A DNA stretch of 53,096 nt from an uncultured delta proteobacterium (GTDB lineage Bacteria; Desulfobacterota; WTBG01; CAIYCZ01): positions 1 through 53,096 of the forward strand of contig CAWDOY010000034.1 of the NCBI GenBank assembly GCA_963803975.1. Direction: 5' to 3'. The first letter of the stretch is position 1, and every line of letters begins with the position of its first letter. The position numbers and the translations under genes are program-made. The notes beneath the pieces were generated by a model. It was not told the DNA's origin and did no database searches. It saw only the letters and a list, made by a program, of their open reading frames with translations. This document shows, in pieces, positions 1 to 10,793 of the stretch.

Positions 1-42
1 ACACTATTTAGTAATTTCAGGCAACAATGAATTGCATACTGC

Positions 43-1161
43 TTAATTAAAAGATGCTAAATTAATTTTTTCTAAAACTGCCTCGATAAAGCCAAAACCT
101 GCCTGTTCAATATTTGATTTATTTACTTCGATTATGATCACATCTTTGCTGAATAGCTCCTTATTTTCATCTTTTATTTTTTTACTTCGAAAGTAGTAAT
201 AAAATTCGGAGCTAGTATCGATAACTTCAAATTTGTTTAACCAATATAGAATGGTATGTACAAAACTTCCCCCGACAAATAACATTTTTGGCTTTATTCC
301 ATTTGGCATTTTGGTTTTCTTAACAATTGGGAAAATACTTTTTTGCAGAAAAGGGGAATTATTCCACATGTTGGTAAGATCTGCGAGATCAGCATCAGTA
401 CCAAATGCCATCTCTAATTTATCAACATTCATAACTTTTAGAACATCTATGGGTTTCTCAAGTATAGTTTTAATATTATCCAACAGTAACTGTGTGAAAA
501 GAAAAGAAGTATAATAATTCCAGTGTGTACCACCTTTTGGGAATACGGGGTAAATAGATGTTTGTTTAAGATTAAAACAGTATTCTTGTCCATCTAGATA
601 ATTAACACCATATTTTATTAAGCAAAAAACGAATTTCTTATAATTAATTTCACTCCGTTCAATTCTGTATTTTAGATAATACTCAGGGATGTATTCAGGA
701 TATATCGATGCTTTACTGGGAGTTATTATAAAAATAAATTTTATATTATGGTTTAAAAGGTATTGCTGTAGACTTTTCAGCTTTTGTGCAAGGGTATCAA
801 AGTAATTTTCAGGCGCAGAGTTCCAGTTTAGATAATCAATGATATATTGCCGCTCGAAGAGTTGGTTCTGCTTACCAAGTACTATTTGTGAATTAACTTG
901 ATTAAATAAAGTGTAATTAATTTGATTATCAGTTCTAATGAAATAATCCCGCAATCCATATGTCTTGCCATACCACGATTGGAACGCTCTCTGAAATGAA
1001 CGGTCGAACCATGATTTAAGAGTTATTTTTGCTAAAGAAGCTGGTTCCTCGACACCTGAAAGTTTGTGAGGTGGGAAAATAGCAAAAATATTCTGCAGTG
1101 CCGGTAAACAAAATAATACTGTAAATAGAAATATATAGCTTATGAATAGGAATTTTTTCAT
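43..1161 (-). CDS. AlgJ/AlgX-like (SGNH-like) polysaccharide O-acetyltransferase periplasmic component
   Basis: N-terminal membrane anchor; P-S-K-x-x-I-Y-P-E motif, GTHWN and GTDAD motifs typical of AlgX/AlgJ; directly downstream of an MBOAT gene. Confidence 0.8.
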   Translation of the reverse strand: MKKFLFISYIFLFTVLFCLPALQNIFAIFPPHKLSGVEEPASLAKITLKSWFDRSFQRAFQSWYGKTYGLRDYFIRTDNQINYTLFNQVNSQIVLGKQNQLFERQYIIDYLNWNSAPENYFDTLAQKLKSLQQYLLNHNIKFIFIITPSKASIYPEYIPEYYLKYRIERSEINYKKFVFCLIKYGVNYLDGQEYCFNLKQTSIYPVFPKGGTHWNYYTSFLFTQLLLDNIKTILEKPIDVLKVMNVDKLEMAFGTDADLADLTNMWNNSPFLQKSIFPIVKKTKMPNGIKPKMLFVGGSFVHTILYWLNKFEVIDTSSEFYYYFRSKKIKDENKELFSKDVIIIEVNKSNIEQAGFGFIEAVLEKINLASFN

Positions 1162-1163
1162 GC

Positions 1164-2606
1164 TTAGAACCTAAAATATATGAATGCATTGAAGTTAGTA
1201 TTACTTATTGAAACAATTGCTAAAAAGCTGATTACCATAACTAAAACAAACTTTATACCGGATATTATGAAATCTGAAGATGAGTTGCGTAGTTGAAAAT
1301 GCATCCGATCAAACAGGTTTAATGCAGGGACAAAACTTATAAATAAAGCGACAAAAAGAATAAATATGGCCCTGTTTGAAACCAGTTCCTGCCAGATTAT
1401 TGGCGGATGAGAAGCACTATAATGAAGAAAACCTAACATCCTCATATAGTAATTAATGGCAAAGGTTAAATCAGGTGAACGGAATAACACCCAGCCAAAC
1501 AGAATGATTAGAAATGTTATAGCGATGTTTAAAGTTTTGTTTATTTTTAAAGAAATATTATGCCAAAATAATTTATCTATTGTCAGGAAAAACCCGTAGT
1601 ATGCGCCCCATATAACAAAGGTCCAATTAGCTCCATGCCATAATCCTGACAATAAAAATACTATCCAAAGATTACTGTACATTCGATAGGAAGATACTCG
1701 ATTACCCCCCAAGGGTATGTAAAGATATTCTCGCATCCATGAAGATAGGGTAATATGCCACCGACGCCAGAATTCAGTTACTGTTTGTGATATATACGGC
1801 GCATTAAAATTTTCAGGACAAGTGAACCCCATCATATTTCCAATTCCGATTGCCATATCCGAATATCCTGAAAAATCAAAATATATTTGGAATGTAAAAC
1901 ATACTATGCCAAGCCAGGCATATGCTACGAGGAGGGATTCAGGGGGCATAGCAAAAATCTTGTTTGCGATTTCTCCCAAGATATCAGCTATCAATACTTT
2001 TTTCCCCAGACCCAAGGAAAATCGAACCATGCCATTAAAAAATAATTCCAAGCTATGCTTGCGGTATTTTATCTGATCAGAGATTTCATGGTATCGAACT
2101 ATTGGCCCAGCCATTATTTGTGGGAATAACATCACATAAAGAAGAAAATCACTGAAAGTTGCTGCTGGTGCAGTCTTCCCCCGATAAACATCAACGATAT
2201 AGCTTATTTTTTTAAAGGTAAGGAAAGATAGGCCTACAGGTAAGAGAATTGTAGATAACGGGATTGGAACGATTCCGAAAAAAGATATAATTCTGTTTAC
2301 TTCATTTATAAAAAAGTATTGATATTTGAAATACCCCAGCAAACAGACGTTTGTACATATCGAAATGGTAATAAATATTTTTATTACGTTTTTATGACTG
2401 CTGAATTTTCTCACTCCCTTGCTTATGAAATAGTCAATAAAACAGATGAATAATAAATTTAAAATTATTATAGGTGACCCCCAAGAGTAAAAGAATAAAC
2501 TTCCTAAGATAGCCCATGAATTTTTTAATCGACCCTGAGCAAGATAATATATAGAGAAAAAAAGAGGGAAAAATAGGAAAATGAAAGTTAAACTATTGAA
2601 TGACAA
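1164..2606 (-). CDS. algI: MBOAT family O-acyltransferase (AlgI/DltB type)
   Basis: LPVGLSFLTF, FPQIMAGPIVR, YFDFSGYSDMAIG, FWRRWHITLSSW, SGLWHGA motifs and C-terminal FIYFRF. Start placed at TTG 2606 by family N-terminus; the ORF track starts at 2642. Confidence 0.92.
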   Translation of the reverse strand: MSFNSLTFIFLFFPLFFSIYYLAQGRLKNSWAILGSLFFYSWGSPIIILNLLFICFIDYFISKGVRKFSSHKNVIKIFITISICTNVCLLGYFKYQYFFINEVNRIISFFGIVPIPLSTILLPVGLSFLTFKKISYIVDVYRGKTAPAATFSDFLLYVMLFPQIMAGPIVRYHEISDQIKYRKHSLELFFNGMVRFSLGLGKKVLIADILGEIANKIFAMPPESLLVAYAWLGIVCFTFQIYFDFSGYSDMAIGIGNMMGFTCPENFNAPYISQTVTEFWRRWHITLSSWMREYLYIPLGGNRVSSYRMYSNLWIVFLLSGLWHGANWTFVIWGAYYGFFLTIDKLFWHNISLKINKTLNIAITFLIILFGWVLFRSPDLTFAINYYMRMLGFLHYSASHPPIIWQELVSNRAIFILFVALFISFVPALNLFDRMHFQLRNSSSDFIISGIKFVLVMVISFLAIVSISNTNFNAFIYFRF

Positions 2607-2690
2607 ACCTGAACCTTCTCTAATATTATGAGAGTAAAACATCTGCTGATGTGGTTTTAGACAATGCTAAGATTTTCATTGTAAGGTTTT

Positions 2691-2730
2691 AAACAAAAAA
2701 TAGGGCAGAGTCAATAAAGACTCTGCCCTA
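2691..2730 (-). terminator. Rho-independent terminator downstream of the multicopper oxidase gene
   Basis: Perfect 12-bp stem TAGGGCAGAGTC (2701-2712) / GACTCTGCCCTA (2719-2730), followed on the minus strand by TTTTTTGTTT. Confidence 0.85.
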
Positions 2731-2782
2731 TGATATATTATTATGTTAAATTAAAAGTTTACTATTTAGCTTCTGCCGATAT

Positions 2783-5700
2783 TTATGACAGGCATCCTGC
2801 AGCTATCACCGCATCTACCCGCGTCTGAAACTCAGTACTGTTGGTGAAAGCCTGCAGCACCTGCTGCCTGCTCATAGTGTTTAAATTGTTTACCCATGCA
2901 AGGTAGCCTGCAGGGTCTGCTCCACGCCGCAGGATCGCATTGTATAAATCCTCTACGTACTCTTCATCAGTCCTGTTACGTGCTGTATATTCTGCACTCT
3001 GAATAAATGCTAACGATATCTGATAGCATAGATCACGTACTGCCTGCGCTCCCTGGCACTGGGCGATGCGCATCTGCAGCAGCCATGAATTGTATCCTCC
3101 AGTATCCGGGAACCGGCTCAGGAATCCGCGGTACAGATCGTTCAGCAGGTTATTCTCCGGCCGGGTCGTGTCCGGCCCAAAGAGACTTGTCATATAGGCT
3201 GTAAACTCAGGGCTATAGGCAAAGCTGGTGATCAGCATATTTCGTGTTAACCCCTGCGTTCAGTTGTCCTACCCAATAAGCAACTTCTGCCGTGCCGGTG
3301 TCGCGCTGTAGAAAAGTCTGCATACAGGTCGGTCACAAAGGCAGTGTCATTCTTGCCCAGGGCCAGATACTCCAGCGCTGTTGAAAAAGAACTTGGCCTC
3401 TGCCTGGAATCCTTCCCCTATATAGATCCCCAGGTTTGTTGAGATGCGGCATATCTCATTTGTCCAGTAGTCCCAGCCTGCCGGTTCAGGTTCGCGGCCC
3501 AGTATATTGAGATAGTACTCTCTTACCAGTGCACGTATAGCATCATAATTTGTGCACTCAGTCGACAGCACGATCGACCGCATCATGTCGTTTTCTTCAT
3601 GGCTCAGGATGTGGCAGTGCCAGACGTACTCGTTGCCGAAGTTGTACAGGATATTGGTTGTCGGTGAGGCCAGGGGCTGTCCCGTCAGCGGGTCGATGTT
3701 CGTGAAACCCGTTGTGGAGCCAATGGGATAGGCCGGGTTCAGCGGCCGAACGCTGTCGGGAACCGCGAAGGGCACTATAGGAGCTACTGCCCGCAGCGCG
3801 ACGATCGTGTCCTCCAGCGGGCTGACCCTGACCGTGTCCTTCCAGCCCAGCTCGTTGGGGTCGGGCAGGTAGATAAACCCGTCCCAGCCGACCCGGTTGA
3901 GCACCTGCACTTCAAACAGATGGAAGTGGATGGGGTGCGTGTCCACGCCGTTGTGCGTGATTTTCCAGATCTGGACCTCGCCGTTTTTCACGATTTCGGT
4001 GGGCGGATCAACATAGTTCTGGAGCACAAAGGTCTGATTCTGGGCAGTGGTAAACGGCAGTTCGAGCCCGAGTTTTGCGCTCATCCGTCCGTAGTCATCA
4101 AAGACCTCGCCCATTTCGTCCTGGATGGCCTTGGGATTCATCGGGAAGTTGCTCACGATGGTACCATCGGGCTTTTGAAAGCTGATGGCGTAGTCAGAGA
4201 TTCTCGATACGCCCCAGTTCGGCCAGGTTGCGGGGAATGTGGTGTTGTAGGCAGCATTGTAGGCGGTTTGTCCCGCAATGATCGGACTCTGCCCCTGCTG
4301 GAACACGCCCGGTGATCCGGGGGTCGAGGCAAACGCTGCCTGCAGATTGGTCAGATTAAAGGGCGTGCCAGTGCCGGCCGCTCACCTGGATCTGCATGAC
4401 GGTGCGGGTGTTGGGACCGTAGCCCGCCAGGGTGGTGTTAGCGCCGCCCATGTCACGATTGTCCGGGGCGCCCGTGTAATAGTCATAGTGCGGGTCAAGC
4501 GCCGGCCACGGTGCGGGGGCGTCGTTGTAGAGGATCAGGGTCTTGCCGGCAAATTGTGAGAAGTCAACGATGACGTCAGCCCGTTCAGCAGGCCCCAGCA
4601 TCAGCGTGCCGCCGCCCTGGTTCTGCTGGAGCACCAGCCCGACAGTGAAGGTTGTCGGGTCGAGGTTCCAGGCGACCGGCTGGTTGGGCAGCACCACCGG
4701 CGTGGGCAGAAAGCCGCCCTCGGTCCCGATCTGGATAAAGTTTGGGCCGCGGGTGGCAGGATCAGGCACACCGCCTTCTCTGCCGTCTGCCGGCCAGCTC
4801 GCAGGAAAGCCCGGGGTCTGGATGGCAGGAAGCATGCCGACTTCTGTCGCTGCAGTGTGGATAGCTGCTGTCGCAGTAGCTCCGGTGCCCCCGCCGCCGG
4901 TGATGGTTACTGTGGGCGCAGCAGTGTAGCCGCTGCCTGTGGTCAGAATGTCGATTGCCGTAACAGTTCACGGCCCCCGGGTCTATGGTTGCTGCAGCAG
5001 TGGCGCCAGTGCCGCCGCCGCCCGTGATGGTGACAACAGGATCAGAGGTATAGCCGCTGCCCGGGTTATTTACAGTAATGCTGCTGACGATAGAGCTGGC
5101 CTGATATAGCTGCAGGTTAAAGAACCGGTCATGGGCTGCGTTCAGTACCCGGAAGCGATAGGGCTTCGGCTCAACCGTTAGCGTGGGGTAGACTTTGCCG
5201 TTGACCACCGGGGTGTCAAGAAACGCTTCCGCTCCCCAGGACACGTTGGGCGTGCCGGGCATCTGCGGCGGCTGCCATGGTGCTTCAGCGGGGTCGTAAT
5301 AGAGGTTAGCTACCGGCCCGTAGGGAACATTGTTGGTGGGCGGCCAGAACCAGGGGCCGTAAGCCCAACGGCCCATCGGGTTTATTCCGCTAAAGTCAGG
5401 ATTATACGGGTTCTGTGCCGGCATGTAAACATGGGGCCACCAGAGGTCTCCGGTGTGCGCCGCCGGTGCCGCTGTTCCCCAGTTCCAGGTGGGATCCTGT
5501 GGTGCCGATGGTGGCATCGTCCACAAATGTCTTGTCCTGGATGATAAGAGGAATCTGGTCAGAAGGGATGACCCCTGAGCTGATCAGATTCTGTTCGGTC
5601 GTGTCTGTTAGCAGATACCCTGCGGCCTCGCCGGCATAGACATTGAGGCGCGTTATACCCCAGGCATGGTCATGGTAGAACATAAGCCTGGCGCTCTGCT

Positions 5701-6866
5701 GGTTGGTATAATAGTAGGTCTGCGAACCAGGGCCGGGATCATTGGTCGCGCCCGGCGTACCGCAGGTCGTAGAACCCGCGCAGGAAGTGATTGTGGTCCC
5801 TGAGGCGTCGAACCACATGTCAGGCACATACTCCACACTGACGCCCTTGGTATAGGAACTGCCCTCATCCTTCGGGGTAATCCACTGATGGGGCGTCCCG
5901 TCGCTGATCCATGGCGTGCGGCCGCCATGGAGATGGATAACGGCCCGGTTCTGCGCGAACGTGCCGGTCGTGGTGGGAATGGTCTCCTTGGTGTCGGGAT
6001 CGTAATTGATCTCGTAAGGCCCTGATCCCATGATGGTCGTGTCCACCGGGATGAAGAGGTTGCCGCCGAGTCCCCGCGGGAAGGCTGTTGGTAAACTTTA
6101 TGCGAACCGGCTTGTTCTTCTGGGCAATGATCAAAGGACCCAGATAATGGAACTGGGTGACATAGGAGTCAGATGCATTGGTCTGCCGATAGCCCCGCAG
6201 GGTCGTTGCCGGCAGGTCTGAATGCATCTTCTCGGTGTATTGCCCCAGCTCGATTTCATAGTAATCAGACCCAGGATAGGTTGTGGTGTCCGGAACAGCC
6301 ACCGGTATGTACTGAGTGCCCGGGGCCGGGGAGGGGCTTACGCCACTGACATACAGGCGCGGCAGCGGGTCGACAAATTTTCTCACTGAAGTAGGGGTGT
6401 AGGCCCAGTTGGGGGTGGTGCCGAAATAGTCCGGTATCCCTCCGGGCCCGGGCGGCGCGATCGCAGCCAGCGGTGCGGCAAAAGAGCCCATCTTCTCGTT
6501 CTTGCTGGCTGCTTTTGCGGCCTTTGCTGCGGCGAGTTGCTTTCCTGCTGCCTTCAGCTGCTCAGCCTTAGGTCTCTGGCGCAGCATTCTGAGATAATTC
6601 TCACGGCGGTCCTGCGCCCTTTGTTTCGCCTCTTGGGATATGTTCCCGCCTTTCGCTGAACTCCCATCTGCCTGCGGCTCGACATAAGCCGGCACATAAG
6701 CCGGCGGCTCCAGGTCTGCCTGGGCCAGCATGACCGGCTGTGCATTCACGGCCTTTTGCGGTTGCGCGGCAGCATTTGATTGCGCGCGTACCTGACCGAT
6801 GCCCCAGGACAGGACAACTGCTGCCAGTACGAAACATGTGGAAATAATAAATGTGCGCCTGTTCAT
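2783..6866 (-). CDS. Large Tat-exported multicopper oxidase (CotA/MofA/OmpB-like) with C-terminal DUF4214-like repeats; one gene split by several frameshifts
   Basis: Consecutive ORF pieces 5865-6866, 5402-6046, 4762-5526, 4356-4835, 3347-4306 and 2783-3238 join end to end. All four MCO copper motifs are present in order ([29 protein letters not shown]). N-terminal NRRTF twin-arginine signal; SD AGGAGG; C-terminal LY..(I/F)L.R..D..G...W repeats. Confidence 0.88.
4860..5088 (-). repeat. Two tandem ~38-aa G-S-G-Y-T...[12 protein letters not shown] repeats inside the multicopper oxidase
   Basis: [35 protein letters not shown] and, after a frameshift, [35 protein letters not shown]. Confidence 0.8.
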
Positions 6867-6922
6867 GGTATTTCTCCTCCTGTGTTTTTCTGAAGTCGTT
6901 AGAAAAAACCCCTATTATATAT

Positions 6923-8024
6923 TTATCTAACCTGGAAACTGGTTACAATCGTCTCCTCCGTGGAAGCTTCTTCTATATCAGTTTTAATCGTTATTTCCCA
7001 CGTGCCGGTTGTTGCTTCCTTCTCAACGCAGACGGGTACAAAAATAAAGCCGGCAAATTTAAACGCGTTGCGCTTTGTGTCAAGGCTCACACCCTGGGCA
7101 CCGGCAGTTGCACCGGCAATTTCTATAGTACTTGCATCCCGGTCAAACTGGCTGTCCCGTGAGGTGAATATGATAATCCACAGGCATTTCTGTGCTCTGA
7201 TTATTGGTCTGAAAACATTAGGGTTCAGGCTTCTCCCGGTGATGCTTGTCACATCCCAGCACTGTTTCAATGTTTCTTTACATATCTGTTCGTCACCGCA
7301 GGGGCTCTGGCCTTTAGTACAGGTGCCGGCTACGCATTTCTCCGCTCCGTTGCAATATATCCCGTCGTCACAGTCAGCATCTGCTGCGCACTGGGGCGGA
7401 ATGCTGGTGGTAGTGCTGGTCACTGCCGGGCTTGTGGTGGTGGTGGTAACTCCACCGGGCGTTGTTGTGGTGGTCGTGGCTCCGCCACCGCCCGTCCGAC
7501 CGTCGTCCGTCCGAAGCGGCAATAGAAAATGCTGCCGTACAAGTTATTACTTCAGATTAGTCATTTGTGATCACACTGCAGGCTCCCACAGGTGCATCAG
7601 CTTCAATGCTAATGTGTGCTACAGCCTGGGTTTGAGAGGTAACATTTGTTGAGCTGACCGTAATATGAGAGGTAGTGCCCGCGCACATAAATGACACCGC
7701 GGTTAATCCATCCTGAAAATCGGTGCATGAACCGGTAACAGTCACATCCATGGTTGTACCCTGATATCCAAATGAAGGATTAACATTTAAGCAGGTTACT
7801 GTACAAGGTGCGTCGAATGGTGCTGCGGCCTGTGAAGTCGATTCTTCAGACAGAGGAGCTAACCACTGCAGGGACTCATTAAATGTATCATTAATGACAG
7901 GGGCAGTCCGGGAATCCGCTTGGGCATTCAGCGCGGAGAGAAAAAAAAGACAGAGAAAGACCAGACCAAATATAAAAACTTTCTTTGATAGATGTTCAAA
8001 TAGAATTTTTATTGTTGTTTTCAT
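6923..8024 (-). CDS. Secreted protein: IPT/TIG-like Ig domain, Thr-rich linker, Cys-rich repeat and C-terminal beta-sandwich; frameshifted near 7500-7560
   Basis: ATG 8024 with SD GGAGG and signal peptide (LSALNAQA); VNPSFGYQGTTMDVTVTG...TDFQDG Ig-like segment; poly-Thr linker; CxxDADCDDGIYCNGAEKC motif. Confidence 0.65.
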
Positions 8025-9053
8025 GCATCCCTCCCGAGAATTTAAAAAGATTTGTGTTTCTATGAATTGCGTTGATTTAATCTGTTTAACTATTCCAGCA
8101 TTTCTGGAACCAATGATTAATTTGGAAGATGCCTCGCTGCACTGCTGCGGGGTAATTAACTGTGATATGTTTAGTATGATATAATACAAAAAATCTTCTT
8201 TGTGAAGCAACAATGATAGATATTTTAGAAAATAAAATATACAGCACCTTGCGCCAAGTCCCGATACTATGGTCACGTGTTTTTGTCTTTTCACTTCAAA
8301 CCATATTTTTTTTAATCAGTGTTGTCTGTCAGGAAAGTTTGATATTTTGTGTAGGGAAAGTTTGATTTCTTTTGCATAAAAGAAAAAAAGTTTTTCAAGC
8401 AGGTTAGGCAGATCGGAACACATTGGTCCTGCAAGATGCCGGTGCCGTATATTTTTTTGTTACCCGGAGTAAAATCTGCTATCCAGCAGAACAACGCATA
8501 ACTGAGCCGTTGCAGTTAAATTTAAAAAACGCTCTCCTTGATTAAAAATGCAAAAACAACTGGTTACTACTCTACTGTGCGCATAGCCTGCGCCAAGGAT
8601 GGCCAGTTGGTGCAGCCCGGGCAATGGTTTTTGCGTTTTATAGCTGAAAATTTTTAAATATGTAGTATTTTGGGAAATCTATGGCGAAGATACACAGGGC
8701 GGAGAACAGGAGAACAATGAAAATCTGGGACCTATGTTTCTTGCTGAGTAATAGCATAAAAAATAGCTGGTTAAGTATCAATTTATTATTTAACAATACA
8801 AAACAGTGCAAAAATATAAATGTCAATCAGACTGTTGATTTGTAAATAGGAACAGGGGTGGTGTTGAAAAAGTCTCCCTGAGAAATGATTATAATATGCT
8901 GGAGAGCAAAATCAAACATAATCATGAAGACACAATGATAGGCAGGCAGGACCGAAAGCAGCGGCACTTATTTTTGAACAATTAAATTTGCAAACAGAAA
9001 ATATATGTGATAATTGTTTTTCAGTCTTATAAAATATTATCAAGAAAGGAGTT

Positions 9054-9604
9054 ATGGAAATGAGAGGGAAAGCTTTAACAATCATTACAGCATTAATTCT
9101 TATCCGGGGCATTAATCAGTTGCAGTCAGCAGGAACAGATGGCTGAAAAGAAGCAAGCTGCAGCCGGAAAAAGCACCATCTTCAATCGCTGCGCCTGCAC
9201 AACCTGCCGCTCCGTCACAGCCCGTTGTGTTAAAAGAATTTGCCCAGGAACTAACCGCTGATTCAAATATAGAGAAGATGTCTGTTGGAAAAATAGTTGA
9301 GATTCCTGTGCGGGTGAAGAATATCAGTCAAGAAACATGGCCTGCAGGAACGGTGGAAAATCCGGTCAACCTGGCTTACCACTGGCTGGACAGCACCGGC
9401 AAAATGATAGTGCTGGATGGTATCCGTACACCTTTGCCCAATGACCTTGCCCCCGGCAGTTCAGTGAATTTGCAGGCAAGGATACAAGCTCCGGATCAGC
9501 CGGGTTCATACACGCTGCAATTAACCGTGGTTCAGGAGCAAGTGGCCTGGTTTGAAAACAAGGGCGCTAAAACCCTTACTATGCCCGTGACCGTGACCGA
9601 GTGA
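9054..9604 (+). CDS. Putative lipoprotein with an NBR1-Ig-like domain; N-terminus frameshifted
   Basis: SD AAGGAG then ATG 9054; hydrophobic leader with a LISC lipobox recoverable by frame correction; Ala/Pro linker; VRVKN...W...VNLAYHW...PG.Y.L..VQE.V.WF Ig-like domain in ORF 9227-9604. Confidence 0.7.
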
Positions 9605-9634
9605 TTTAAAGTTTTATAATTTGATTAGACAGGT

Positions 9635-9664
9635 AACCCCTCATGAAACATGAGGGGTTTTTTT
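9635..9664 (+). terminator. Rho-independent terminator
   Basis: AACCCCTCATG-AAA-CATGAGGGGTT 11-bp stem followed by a T run. Confidence 0.85.
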
Positions 9665-9742
9665 GGGTGCGCTCGCTTTAAATGGCGAAATCAGCGCTAT
9701 TATTTGGTTTACAGCAGGCAGATGGAATACTACAGTAGCCGC

Positions 9743-9860
9743 ATGCCATGAGTATCGAGAACCGAAGTAAAAGGTTATCCGTGTCATGAAATCCAGGGAG
9801 GCAATTATTGGCAGGTCATCTTTGAGAGCGCTCAGGACTTTATCCAGTATCAGAAGTGTA
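9743..9860 (+). pseudogene. Remnant N-terminus of a REP-associated tyrosine transposase (RAYT / Y1 HUH)
   Basis: Reads MP*VSRTEVKGYPCHEIQGGNYWQVIFESAQDFIQY, resembling the RAYT consensus MPR..R....GYPHH.TQRGN.RQ.IF....D...Y; codon 3 is CGA->TGA; no HUH motif follows. Confidence 0.6.
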
Positions 9861-9918
9861 TGATCTATTTTAAGGCTGAGGTATTGATGATACGTGACGA
9901 ACAGATAAAAGGATTGTT

Positions 9919-10473
9919 ATGAATCATACATATCTACTAAAGACCATATCCATGGCTATTGTGGTAATCGCCTGCGGTGCTGGTATCGGCAGCACAGGGC
10001 TATCGAAAGGCTATGCGCAGACAGCATTGCAGCATCCCCCCGGGCAAAATATGCTTCAAGCAAAACCAAAGCCAGCCAAACCAACAGCAACTGACAAGTG
10101 CGCGGTGTGCGGGATGTTCGTGGCGAAATACCCGGGCTGGATTGCCGAGGTTATCTATAAGGACGGGTCCGTGGTATTTTTTGACGGACCCAAAGACCTG
10201 TTTACCTATTATTTTAATATTAAAAAATATACCCCGCAGAAAAGCCGCGAGGAAATCGCCGCCATGTATGTTACCTCCTATTACACAGGGGCCTTTATTA
10301 ATGCCGCAACTGCCTTCTATGTCATTGGCAGCGATGTCATGGGCCCGATGGGCTGGGAATTGATACCGTTCCCGGGTGAAGCGGAAGCCCGGGAATTCAT
10401 GAAGGACCACAAGGGGAAAAAAATAGTTACCTTCAAGCAATTGACACCCCGGCTTTTTGACACAAACCAGTAG
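9919..10473 (+). CDS. nosL: NosL-family periplasmic copper-binding protein
   Basis: Signal peptide; CAVCGM, FDGPKDLF, YVIGSDVMGPMGWELIPF and F..DHKG motifs. Confidence 0.88.
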   Translation: MNHTYLLKTISMAIVVIACGAGIGSTGLSKGYAQTALQHPPGQNMLQAKPKPAKPTATDKCAVCGMFVAKYPGWIAEVIYKDGSVVFFDGPKDLFTYYFNIKKYTPQKSREEIAAMYVTSYYTGAFINAATAFYVIGSDVMGPMGWELIPFPGEAEAREFMKDHKGKKIVTFKQLTPRLFDTNQ

Positions 10474-10490
10474 CACCTGATGTGCCAGTC

Positions 10491-10793
10491 ATGAGAAATT
10501 CAACGCTTTATATTACTGCTACTGCAGCAGCGGCAGTGCTTCTCTGCTTTCTTTTTTTTGTCTACCCCCTGCTGCCGCGAAGCGCCATGACGGAACAGGA
10601 ACGAAAAGAGAAAGAGCACCTCCTGCAGTCTCTTCATATCACCGACCTGTGCCTGTTTACCGAGGCAAGCTATACCCGGCACCTCTCACAGGCTGACCGG
10701 TTCGCAGCGTTTCAGGACCACCCCCTTGCCATTGAACATTTTCCTTCCGGCTCTCTGGTATCCCCGCCGGATTCGTTTATGGAGCGGCAATGA
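10491..10793 (+). CDS. Small membrane-anchored hypothetical protein of the NosL/ABC cassette
   Basis: One TM helix followed by TDLCLFTEASYTRH...FQDHP...EHFPSGS; stop overlaps the next start (ATGA). Confidence 0.75.
   Translation: MRNSTLYITATAAAAVLLCFLFFVYPLLPRSAMTEQERKEKEHLLQSLHITDLCLFTEASYTRHLSQADRFAAFQDHPLAIEHFPSGSLVSPPDSFMERQ

Noticed and set aside
2752..2782. Sigma28-like promoter (AAAGTTT...GCCGATAT)
   Set aside because: Spacing is 14 rather than 11 nt, and it points antisense into the oxidase 3' end
8581..8596. Sigma54-like site TTGGCGC-N5-ATGC on the minus strand
   Set aside because: Two deviations from consensus and ~550 bp from the next start codon; too weak to call
8025..9053. 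Short ORFs 8312-8494, 8638-8826, 8912-9112 and the N-terminal extension of 7557-8294
   Set aside because: AT-rich, no SD, no recognisable motifs; probably a divergent regulatory region
9749..9751. In-frame TGA as a possible third selenocysteine
   Set aside because: It corresponds to Arg in the RAYT consensus and has no SECIS; this is a nonsense mutation
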